From NCBI GenBank assembly GCA_052388515.1, contig JBQTHZ010000022.1:25102-89101 (forward strand): a stretch of DNA of 64,000 bases. The letters are read 5' to 3'. Shown in pieces: positions 31,432 to 39,209 of the stretch. The translations under genes and the position numbers were made by a program. Numbering within the stretch: the stretch's first letter is position 1; the number at the start of each line of letters is the position of its first letter. Below the pieces are notes generated by a model. It did not search any database. It saw only the letters and a program-made list of their open reading frames with translations, and had not been told where the DNA came from. The stretch is from Chloroflexota bacterium. GTDB lineage: Bacteria > Chloroflexota > Limnocylindria > QHBO01.

Positions 31432-32694
31432 CTAACGCCCCACCGCCGACGGCTCAGGAGCCTCGGGCTCGGGGAAGCGGTCCAAGCGCCGCAGGATGGG
31501 GAACATTCGCGACCAGGCCACCGCCACGGCGACGGTCGCGCCGCCGCCGATGACGACGGCCGGCACGATCCCCCACCAGGCTGCAGTGACGCCGGACTCG
31601 AACTCCCCCAGCTCGTTCGAGGCTCCGATGAAAACGGAGTTCACGGCGCTCACGCGTCCGCGGATCTCGTCCGGCGTCTCGAGCTGGACCAGGAGATGGC
31701 GGATGTAGACGCTCACCATGTCGCCGGCACCCATGACGACCAGCGCGGCGAGGCTCAGCGCCAGGCTGGTGGACAGTCCGAAGACGATCGTCGCAACGCC
31801 GAACGCGGCCACGCCGCCGAACATCCACCGTCCCACGTGCCGTCGAATCGGCCGCATCGTCACGACGGCGGCGAGCAGCGCCGCGCCAACCGCAGGTGCC
31901 GCGCGCATGACCCCGAGTCCGACCGGCCCGACGTCGAGGATCTCGCCGGCGTAGATCGGGAGCAGCGCCGTCGCCCCGCCGAACAGCACCGCGAACAGGT
32001 CGAGCGAGATGGAGCCGAGCACGATCGGTCGGGAACGGACGAAGGTGACGCCCGACAGGAGGGTCGACCACGACACCGGCTCGCGCGACCGCACGTCGCG
32101 TCCGCCGCCACGCAGGCCGGAGATGAGCACCACGCCGCCCACCAGCAGCATGACGGAGAGCCCGTACGCTGCCTCCACGCCGAGCACGACCAGCGCCCCG
32201 CCCACGGCCGGACCGACAATGGTCGCGACCTGGCCGAGTGACGAGTTGAGCGCCACCGCTCGAGGAAACAGGCTGATCGGCGCAAGGTTCGGCAGGAGCG
32301 CCTGGCCGGTCGGCTGGTTGAAGGCCCGCGCGATCCCGAACAGCACCATCACGCCGAAGACCGGCGCGGTCTCGGTCACGCCGGCGATGGAGATGCCCAG
32401 CAGCACCGCGGCGCACACCGCCAGGAGCGCGTAGGTCATCAGCTGCACGCGGCGCCGATCGTATCGGTCCGCGACGTGGCCGGCGGGCAGGATGAGCACG
32501 ATGAAGGGCAGGAACTGCGAGAGCGCCACGAGCCCGAGGTCGAGCGGGTCGCCGCTGACGCTGAACACCTGCCAGCCGACCGCGACCGTCTGGACCTGGG
32601 TGGCAAGGCCCACCATGAACCGTGCCGACAGGTATCGGCGCAGGTCCGGATGGCGCAGGACGATGAGCCGGCCGTCCGCCGGATTGCTCGACAT
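31432..32694 (-). CDS. MFS transporter
   Basis: 12 TM segments, motif GHVADRYDRR. Start at the internal ATG 32694. Confidence 0.7.
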   Translation of the reverse strand: MSSNPADGRLIVLRHPDLRRYLSARFMVGLATQVQTVAVGWQVFSVSGDPLDLGLVALSQFLPFIVLILPAGHVADRYDRRRVQLMTYALLAVCAAVLLGISIAGVTETAPVFGVMVLFGIARAFNQPTGQALLPNLAPISLFPRAVALNSSLGQVATIVGPAVGGALVVLGVEAAYGLSVMLLVGGVVLISGLRGGGRDVRSREPVSWSTLLSGVTFVRSRPIVLGSISLDLFAVLFGGATALLPIYAGEILDVGPVGLGVMRAAPAVGAALLAAVVTMRPIRRHVGRWMFGGVAAFGVATIVFGLSTSLALSLAALVVMGAGDMVSVYIRHLLVQLETPDEIRGRVSAVNSVFIGASNELGEFESGVTAAWWGIVPAVVIGGGATVAVAVAWSRMFPILRRLDRFPEPEAPEPSAVGR

Positions 32695-32818
32695 CTGAGG
32701 CCAGAGGGTACCGGGCGACCGACATTGCCGCCGTGCGGCGCTGGACCGCGTGCGGCACGCTATGGCCAACGAGCCCGGCGAACGCTTAGGGTTCGGGCAC
32801 GCACCGCAGGATGGACCG

Positions 32819-34123
32819 ATGACCGAGACGGGTCCCGAGCAATCCCGGACCAGGCTGCCGCTCTCGCAGCTCGTCACACTGTCGATCTACTGGTTCGGCA
32901 TCCAGACGATCTGGGGCGGCCTCAACATCACGATCATCCCCGGCCGGCTCGACGACCTGAGCCGCGACACCCAGGGAACCCTGCTCGCGATCATCATGCT
33001 GGCCGGTGCGATCGCGCCGATCATCATCCAACCCACCGTTGGCGTGATCAGCGATTACACGGTGACCCGCTGGGGCCGCCGGAAGCCGTACATCGTGGTC
33101 GGGACCCTGCTCGACGTCGTCTTCCTTGCGGGACTCGCCTTCAACAACGACTTCGTGGCGATGGTCGCCTTCTACTTCCTCCTCCAGGTTAGCTCCAACT
33201 TCGCGCAGGGACCGTTCCAGGGATACGTCCCGGATCTCGTCCCCGCGAAGCAGGTCGGCACGGCCAGCGGTTTGATGGGGCTGATGCTCACCCTGGGCAC
33301 GATCGCCGGCGTCGGGATTGCCACGCTCGGCGGCATCACCGACAACGTCGCGCTCGCGACCCTTGCCCTCGGGGTCGTCGAGGTGGCCACCATGGTGGTG
33401 CTGATCGCCACGGTCGACGAGGGCCGCGCAGGACCGAAACGGACGCGTCCGTGGCGCGAGGTCGCACTGTCAGCGTGGGGCCGCGACATCCTCCAGCAGC
33501 GCGACGTGCTCTGGCTGCTGCTCGTGCGGCTCCTCTTCCTCGGGGCCTACAACGCGACCCTGATCGCCATCGGCTACTTCCGGCGTTCGCACGGGTTGAG
33601 CGACGATGACGCGGACGCCACGGTCTTCCTGGCAACGGCCATCGTTGGGGTCTCGACCGCGGTCGCGGCCATTCCGGGCGGCCGGCTGTCCGATCGATTC
33701 GGTCGGCGACCCGTGATCTGGGCCGCGGCGCTGATCGCCGGGATGGGCCTGCTGGGCGTCGCGGTCGCACCGACTCCCGAGCTCGCCATCGCCTCCTGGG
33801 TCCCGTTCGGGATCGGGATGGGAACCTTCCTGTCGGCGGATTGGGCACTCATGGCCGACGTCATCCCCAAGCACACGGCCGGCAGGTACATGGGGATCCT
33901 GAACGCCGGCACCGCCATGGCCGGCCCGGTCTTCATCGTGGTCGCCGGGCCGGTCCAGGACCTGGTGGCTGCCGGCTTCGGCGATGCAGCCGGCCCGCGG
34001 GTCGCGATGGGGGTCGCCGCCGGGTTCATCGCGCTGTCGGCGTTGGCGCTCAGCCGCGTCGATCCGCGCCGCCGAGAGGACGAGGACGACATCGCGACGC
34101 GAGCGTCGACGGTGGCAGCATGA
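32819..34123 (+). CDS. MFS transporter
   Basis: 12 TM segments. Start at the MTETGPEQ ATG. Divergent from the upstream MFS gene. Confidence 0.7.
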   Translation: MTETGPEQSRTRLPLSQLVTLSIYWFGIQTIWGGLNITIIPGRLDDLSRDTQGTLLAIIMLAGAIAPIIIQPTVGVISDYTVTRWGRRKPYIVVGTLLDVVFLAGLAFNNDFVAMVAFYFLLQVSSNFAQGPFQGYVPDLVPAKQVGTASGLMGLMLTLGTIAGVGIATLGGITDNVALATLALGVVEVATMVVLIATVDEGRAGPKRTRPWREVALSAWGRDILQQRDVLWLLLVRLLFLGAYNATLIAIGYFRRSHGLSDDDADATVFLATAIVGVSTAVAAIPGGRLSDRFGRRPVIWAAALIAGMGLLGVAVAPTPELAIASWVPFGIGMGTFLSADWALMADVIPKHTAGRYMGILNAGTAMAGPVFIVVAGPVQDLVAAGFGDAAGPRVAMGVAAGFIALSALALSRVDPRRREDEDDIATRASTVAA

Positions 34124-34866
34124 GCACCGCGACGGACCGGGCGCGGCGCACGGGGCCGCGTGAGCTGAGCGTGGCCGTCACGCCGCGCTATCGGCTCATG
34201 TGGGGCCTGAACCGCGTGGTCATGGGCACGCTGTTCGACATGCGCGTCAGCGGGGTGGACCGCTGGCCGCGGCCGCCCTTCCAGATCGTGGCCAACCACC
34301 ACAACGGATTCGATCCGTTACTCGTGCTCTCGGTCGTGCCGGTCGAGCCGCGCATCACGTGGTTCGGGCCGAAGGAGGCCGACTTCAGCCGCGGTTTCAA
34401 GAACCGCGTGATGGCCTTCTTCGGCGGCGTCATCCCGTACAACCCGCAGAAGACGACGCTCACATCCGCCGTCCGGGCTGTTCGCCGAGTCTTCGCGGCC
34501 GATGGGGTGCTCGGCATCTTCGCGGAGGGACGCATCGGCTTCCGAGAGACCGACCTGCTGGACTTCGAGGACGGCGCGGCGGCCTTCGCCATCTCCGCCG
34601 GCGTCCCCGTGGTCCCGTGTGCGGTGGTCGGCAGCACGAACCTCTGGTTCCGCCGGCGGATCGAGATCCGCTTCGGACCGCCCATTCCGACCGACGCCGT
34701 CCGCGGCCACGGGGCTCGAGACGCGCTCGAGGCCCGCATCCGGGAGGGCGTCGCCGCGCTCCTGCCCGACCGCGAGCCGCGGCTGCCGCGACGCCGGCCG
34801 CTCGCGTTCCTGACCGATCTGCTCAACGGGGCCGACGACATCGCTCGCCGCGGCGGTGAGCGCTAG
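34120..34866 (+). CDS. 1-acyl-sn-glycerol-3-phosphate acyltransferase (PlsC family)
   Basis: HX4D motif ANHHNGFDP, FAEGRI and PVVPCAV blocks. ATG overlaps the TGA of the MFS gene (ATGA). Confidence 0.75.
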   Translation: MSTATDRARRTGPRELSVAVTPRYRLMWGLNRVVMGTLFDMRVSGVDRWPRPPFQIVANHHNGFDPLLVLSVVPVEPRITWFGPKEADFSRGFKNRVMAFFGGVIPYNPQKTTLTSAVRAVRRVFAADGVLGIFAEGRIGFRETDLLDFEDGAAAFAISAGVPVVPCAVVGSTNLWFRRRIEIRFGPPIPTDAVRGHGARDALEARIREGVAALLPDREPRLPRRRPLAFLTDLLNGADDIARRGGER

Positions 34867-34878
34867 CATCGGTCCGAC

Positions 34879-35151
34879 ATGCTCCCCCTGATCTGGACGT
34901 TGTTCGTCGTGCTCGCCGTCGCGGGATTCCTGATGATCGCCGCCTACTGGCTGGATGTGCAGGAGCGACCGGACCTGACCACGCGAGCGCGGATCGGCTG
35001 GTCGGCGGCGGTCCTGCTCTTTCCGATCTCGATCCCGGCCTATGCCTTTGCCGGTGGTCCGGGATGGCCGCCCTTCCTGCGGATCACGAGCCTCGTGCCG
35101 ATGCTGGCGGTCGCGCTCTTCGCCGGCTTCGTGTTCGGGGCGTTTAGCTAG
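34879..35151 (+). CDS. PLDc_N-like small membrane protein (cardiolipin-synthase N-terminal-type domain)
   Basis: 90 aa, two TM helices. Conserved W...RPDL...W..AVLLFP pattern. Confidence 0.55.
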   Translation: MLPLIWTLFVVLAVAGFLMIAAYWLDVQERPDLTTRARIGWSAAVLLFPISIPAYAFAGGPGWPPFLRITSLVPMLAVALFAGFVFGAFS

Positions 35152-35752
35152 GACGCTCGCGGCGGAAGGCCACGAATGACACCGCCGCGACGAGGCCGAT
35201 GACGCCGAGCAGCGCCAGGGCGGTCACCGGGATCTCAGCCTCCTGCGCTGCCGCCAGGCTGTCGTCGGGCGCCGTGATTGGCAGGGGCGCCTCCGCACCG
35301 ACCTCGAGCGCCACGTTGCCGGAGCACAGCCCGGTGGTGTGCATGGCGCCATCCCACGTGGTGAACACCAGCCAGCGCTCACCCGTCCCGAAGCTCATGC
35401 CGCACGACGCTCCGTCGCCGCCGGCAAGCACGTCGATTCCGGCCCCGACCTCGCCCTTGGCAACGCCGTCGACGTCGAAGGTGTAGATGGATTGGCCGAA
35501 CGGCATCGGCATCGGAACGGTCGCCGCGATGGCGCCACCTCGACGAGTGTCGACGCCCACCGGCGACTCGTTGACCACCGTACCGGCGAAGACGGCATCG
35601 GCGAACTCCGCGGCCTGCTCCGGCGTGGACATCGCGCAGCTGCATGCTGCCACCTGGGCCACGGGCAGGCTGGCCAGGCCGATTGCGAAGATGACCGCGA
35701 AGACGAGCCTCATCGTGCCGTTGGGACGCTCGGAACGCCGCATCGGTTGCAT
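35144..35752 (-). CDS. Secreted TIMP/NTR-like protein with C-terminal TM anchor
   Basis: Signal peptide ending VAQVAA, then CSCAMSTPEQAAEFADAVFAGTVV. Vertebrate TIMP-2 starts [22 protein letters not shown]. A C-terminal hydrophobic helix is followed by RRERPS. Confidence 0.55.
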   Translation of the reverse strand: MQPMRRSERPNGTMRLVFAVIFAIGLASLPVAQVAACSCAMSTPEQAAEFADAVFAGTVVNESPVGVDTRRGGAIAATVPMPMPFGQSIYTFDVDGVAKGEVGAGIDVLAGGDGASCGMSFGTGERWLVFTTWDGAMHTTGLCSGNVALEVGAEAPLPITAPDDSLAAAQEAEIPVTALALLGVIGLVAAVSFVAFRRERPS

Positions 35753-35769
35753 CGGTCTACCATGGCTCC

Positions 35770-37209
35770 ATGACGAGCCAGACCGATACCACCGCGTCCA
35801 CAGATGAAGTGCATGCCGCCGTGGCCTATCTCCGCGAGCACGACGCAGCGCACCTCGCGCAGCTGGACGAGTTCCTGCACATCGAGAGCGTCTCCGCCGA
35901 TCCCGGACGCACGGACGAGGTCCGGCGCGCCGCGCGGTGGATCGCCGACGAGCTCACGCGGCTCGGCGTCGAGCGTGCCACGCTCCACGAGACCAGCGCG
36001 CACCCGATCGTCACCGCCGAGTGGATGAAGGCCGGCGATGACGCGCCGACCGTGCTCGTGTACTGCCACTACGACGTCCAGCCGACGGATCCCCTGGACG
36101 AGTGGATCCGTCCGCCGTTCGAGCCGCGGCACGAGAACGAGCGCGTCTACGCCCGCGGCGCCGGCGACGACAAGGGCCAGCTCTTCATGCATCTCAAGGC
36201 GGTCGAGGCCTGGATGGAAACCACCGGGCGCCTGCCGGTGAACCTGCGCTTCTTCTTCGAGGGAGACGAGGAGGTAGGCTCCGAACCCGTCGAGGCGTTC
36301 ATCGCCGAACACGCCGACCTGCTGACGGCCGACGTGTGCGTCGTATCGGACGGAGACACGTTCGACGACGACGGCACGCCCGCCATCGGCTACGGACTGC
36401 GCGGGATCGCCTACTGGGAGGTCCGCGTCCACGGACCACGCCAGGACGTCCACTCCGGCCAGTACGGCGGCGGCGTCGACAATCCGGCCAACGTGCTCGT
36501 CCGCATGCTGGCTTCCATGACCGATGCCGACGGCCGGGTCGCGCTGCCCGGCTTCTACGACCGAGTACGCGATCTGACCGACGAGGAGCACGCGGCCTAC
36601 GCCGTCCTTCCCTTCGACGAGCGCGCATGGGCCGATGAGTCCGGCGTTCCGGCACCGATGGACGGCGAGCGCGGGCACTCGCTGCTCGAGCGGCTCTCCG
36701 CCCGGCCCACCTTCGACGTCAACGGCATCTGGGGCGGCTACCAGGGCGAAGGCGCCAAGACGATCATCCCGGCCTGGGCAGCCGCGAAGATCTCGACGCG
36801 GCTCGTCCCGGATCAGGACCACCGCGAGATCGAGGCGCTGATGGTGGAGCATCTCACCTCGATCGCGCCGCCGTCGGTGCGCGTGGAGGTCAGGATCATC
36901 CACGGTGGAGCGCCGGCCATCACGCCGCTCGACCATCCGGGCATCGGGCCCGCGGCCCGCGCGCTCGAGGCCGGATTCGGCAAGGCACCACTCTTCCAGC
37001 GCTCCGGTGGCTCCGTCCCGGTCGTCGCGGCGCTCGATGCGCATCTCGGGTTGAAGACCCTGATGGTCGGATTCGCCAATCCCACCGGGAACTTCCATGC
37101 GCCGAACGAGTGGATGAGCCTGCGCAACCTTCGCGACGGCATGGCCTCGCTCGTTCACCTGTGGGGCGAGATCGGGCAGATGAAGGCGACCGACCTGCGC
37201 ACGGAGTAG
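35770..37209 (+). CDS. M20 family dipeptidase
   Basis: M20 metal-binding blocks HYDVQP, GAGDDKGQ and EGDEEVGS. Confidence 0.8.
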   Translation: MTSQTDTTASTDEVHAAVAYLREHDAAHLAQLDEFLHIESVSADPGRTDEVRRAARWIADELTRLGVERATLHETSAHPIVTAEWMKAGDDAPTVLVYCHYDVQPTDPLDEWIRPPFEPRHENERVYARGAGDDKGQLFMHLKAVEAWMETTGRLPVNLRFFFEGDEEVGSEPVEAFIAEHADLLTADVCVVSDGDTFDDDGTPAIGYGLRGIAYWEVRVHGPRQDVHSGQYGGGVDNPANVLVRMLASMTDADGRVALPGFYDRVRDLTDEEHAAYAVLPFDERAWADESGVPAPMDGERGHSLLERLSARPTFDVNGIWGGYQGEGAKTIIPAWAAAKISTRLVPDQDHREIEALMVEHLTSIAPPSVRVEVRIIHGGAPAITPLDHPGIGPAARALEAGFGKAPLFQRSGGSVPVVAALDAHLGLKTLMVGFANPTGNFHAPNEWMSLRNLRDGMASLVHLWGEIGQMKATDLRTE

Positions 37210-37221
37210 CTCGGCCGCGTG

Positions 37222-37256
37222 GGGTACCGCGCGAAGCGGTGGTGACGCGGGTACCC
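37222..37256 (+). terminator. GC-rich stem-loop after the M20 gene
   Basis: gggtaccgcg...cgcgggtaccc, a 10-11 bp stem with a 14-nt loop, 13 nt after the stop. No U-tract. Confidence 0.45.
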
Positions 37257-37323
37257 GGTTGACGAGCGCAGCGCCCCGGGGCTACCGTACGCCGCGACAT
37301 AGATTTCAGAGGTTTTCAACCGC

Positions 37324-37977
37324 GTGCCCGCCCAACCGCCTGCCAAGGACCCCGATGATCCCTGGCTGCCGCTGGGTGCCGCCTCGAGGCTGGTGGGCGT
37401 GGGTCCCGATACGCTGCGTCGATGGGCCGATACCGGCAAGGTCCAGAGCTACCAGACGCCGGGCGGGCATCGGCGATTTCTGCGCTCCAGCCTGGAAGCC
37501 ATGATCAACGCCCCGCGGCGGCATCGATACGGCATGGAGCGGCTGCCGGACTCCACGCGGACGATGGCGGGCGAGCTTCATCGGCGCATGCAGCGCACCG
37601 GATACGCCACGCAGCCCTGGCAGGCGCGCCTGTCGGCCGAGCAGCGCGACGAGTTCCGCCGATGGGGCCAGCGGACGTTCCAGCTGGTCATCGAGTACGT
37701 CGCCGCATCGAAGAAGGCCGAGCGCCAGATCCTGCTCGACGAGGCCGAGAAGATGGGTGGCCTGTACGGTGGCGAGGCATCGCGGGCCGGCCTGACGCTG
37801 GCCGAGACGGTGGAGGCGTTCCTCTTCTTCCGCTCCCCGGTGCTCGACGCGATCACCGGCCACCTGCGGCGCCGGTCCGCCGACGTCACCGACCTCACCG
37901 CCGCCTTCCACGAGGCGAACGCCGCCATCGACCAGGTGCTCGTGGCCCTGGTGAGCTCCCACCGGGAAGGTCGCTGA
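37324..37977 (+). CDS. MerR/excisionase-type HTH DNA-binding protein with unknown C-terminal domain
   Basis: N-terminus LPLGAASRLVGVGPDTLRRWADTGKV is a MerR-like HTH. GTG start. Confidence 0.55.
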   Translation: MPAQPPAKDPDDPWLPLGAASRLVGVGPDTLRRWADTGKVQSYQTPGGHRRFLRSSLEAMINAPRRHRYGMERLPDSTRTMAGELHRRMQRTGYATQPWQARLSAEQRDEFRRWGQRTFQLVIEYVAASKKAERQILLDEAEKMGGLYGGEASRAGLTLAETVEAFLFFRSPVLDAITGHLRRRSADVTDLTAAFHEANAAIDQVLVALVSSHREGR

Positions 37978-37978
37978 T

Positions 37979-39103
37979 CTACTCGACGACGTAGAGCTCG
38001 GTGGAGGTCGTGTTCAGACGCTCGCCGCCGACATCGGTGCAGACGACGATGTCCTCGATCCGGGCTCCCCAACGCCCCTGGAGATAGATCCCCGGCTCCA
38101 CGCTGAAGGCGTGGCCCTCGCGGAGCAGCTCCGGATTCGAGGCGACGATGTACGGATCCTCGTGGGTCGCCATGCCGATGCCGTGGCCGGTCCGATGGAT
38201 GAACGCATCGCCGTAGCCGGCCTCGTCGATGATCCGGCGCGCGGTCGCGTCGACTTCGCTGCACGCCACTCCTGGTTGAACCGCCTCGCAGGCGGCGGCC
38301 TGGGCCTCGCGAAGGACCGCGTGCAGCGCCGCGAACTCCGGCGCCGGCTCGCCGACGAACGCGGTGCGGCTCGTGTCGCTGCTATAGCCGGCGCGCGTTC
38401 CGCCGATGTCGAGAACGACGGCGTCGCCCACCTCGATCACCCGATCGCCGGCCACGTGATGCGGGCTGGCAGCGTTCGGGCCGGACGCAACGATCGCGAA
38501 GCCTGCCTCGTCGTGTCCTGCTCCCAGCAGCAGCTCACGGATGTGCCTGCTGACCTCCGACTCCGTCTGCCCTGACAGGCGCTCTCCGACGATCGCGCTC
38601 ATCGCCTCGTCGGCTCCGACCGCCGCAGCGCGCAGGCGCTCGATCTCCTCCGAGCTCTTGATGCGCCGCAAAGCGCTCATGGTCGGTCCGGCCTCGACCA
38701 GCTCCGTCGGATCGAGCGCCGCGCGCAGGCGGAGGGCGAAGCGTGCCCACATCTGGTCCTGCACAGCCACCCGGCGGGCACCCGCCACGATCGCCTGGAC
38801 CAGTCGGACCGGGTCATCGGTCTCGTCCCACGCCACGAGCGTGATCTCATCCGCGAGCTCACCCAGCTCGTGTCGGGCGAGCGGCTCCTCGAGACGCGGC
38901 AACACCAGCGCCACCTCACCATCGGCTGGAACGATCAGGCAGGTCAGCCGCTCGAGCGCCGGCGCCGCATACCCGAGGAGGTATGCGTAGTCGTGCGACG
39001 GTGTGACCAGGAGCGCGTCGACGCTGCGTTCGGACGCCGCACGGGCAGCTTGTGCGAGGCGTTCGCGGTGGACGGAGGGCGCGAATCCGGTGGCAGGGGT
39101 CAT
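37979..39103 (-). CDS. M24 family Xaa-Pro peptidase
   Basis: HRTGHGIGMATHE and SVEPGIY...GARIEDIV metal-ligand blocks. Confidence 0.8.
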   Translation of the reverse strand: MTPATGFAPSVHRERLAQAARAASERSVDALLVTPSHDYAYLLGYAAPALERLTCLIVPADGEVALVLPRLEEPLARHELGELADEITLVAWDETDDPVRLVQAIVAGARRVAVQDQMWARFALRLRAALDPTELVEAGPTMSALRRIKSSEEIERLRAAAVGADEAMSAIVGERLSGQTESEVSRHIRELLLGAGHDEAGFAIVASGPNAASPHHVAGDRVIEVGDAVVLDIGGTRAGYSSDTSRTAFVGEPAPEFAALHAVLREAQAAACEAVQPGVACSEVDATARRIIDEAGYGDAFIHRTGHGIGMATHEDPYIVASNPELLREGHAFSVEPGIYLQGRWGARIEDIVVCTDVGGERLNTTSTELYVVE

Positions 39104-39209
39104 GCTCGAAGCCTAACCGATGAGCCCATTGCCAGCTGCCAGCGAATCGCCCAGGCTGCCGTGGGACGTGCCACACTGTCATACGCCGTCATACGAGTCC
39201 GGGAGGCCG

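Noticed and set aside
37259-37310. Sigma-70-like promoter upstream of the MerR-like gene (TTGACG ... TAGATT)
   Set aside because: The spacing between the candidate -35 and -10 hexamers is about 35 nt, too long for a canonical promoter. Only the -10-like TAGATT about 20 nt before the GTG start is plausible, so I do not call a promoter.
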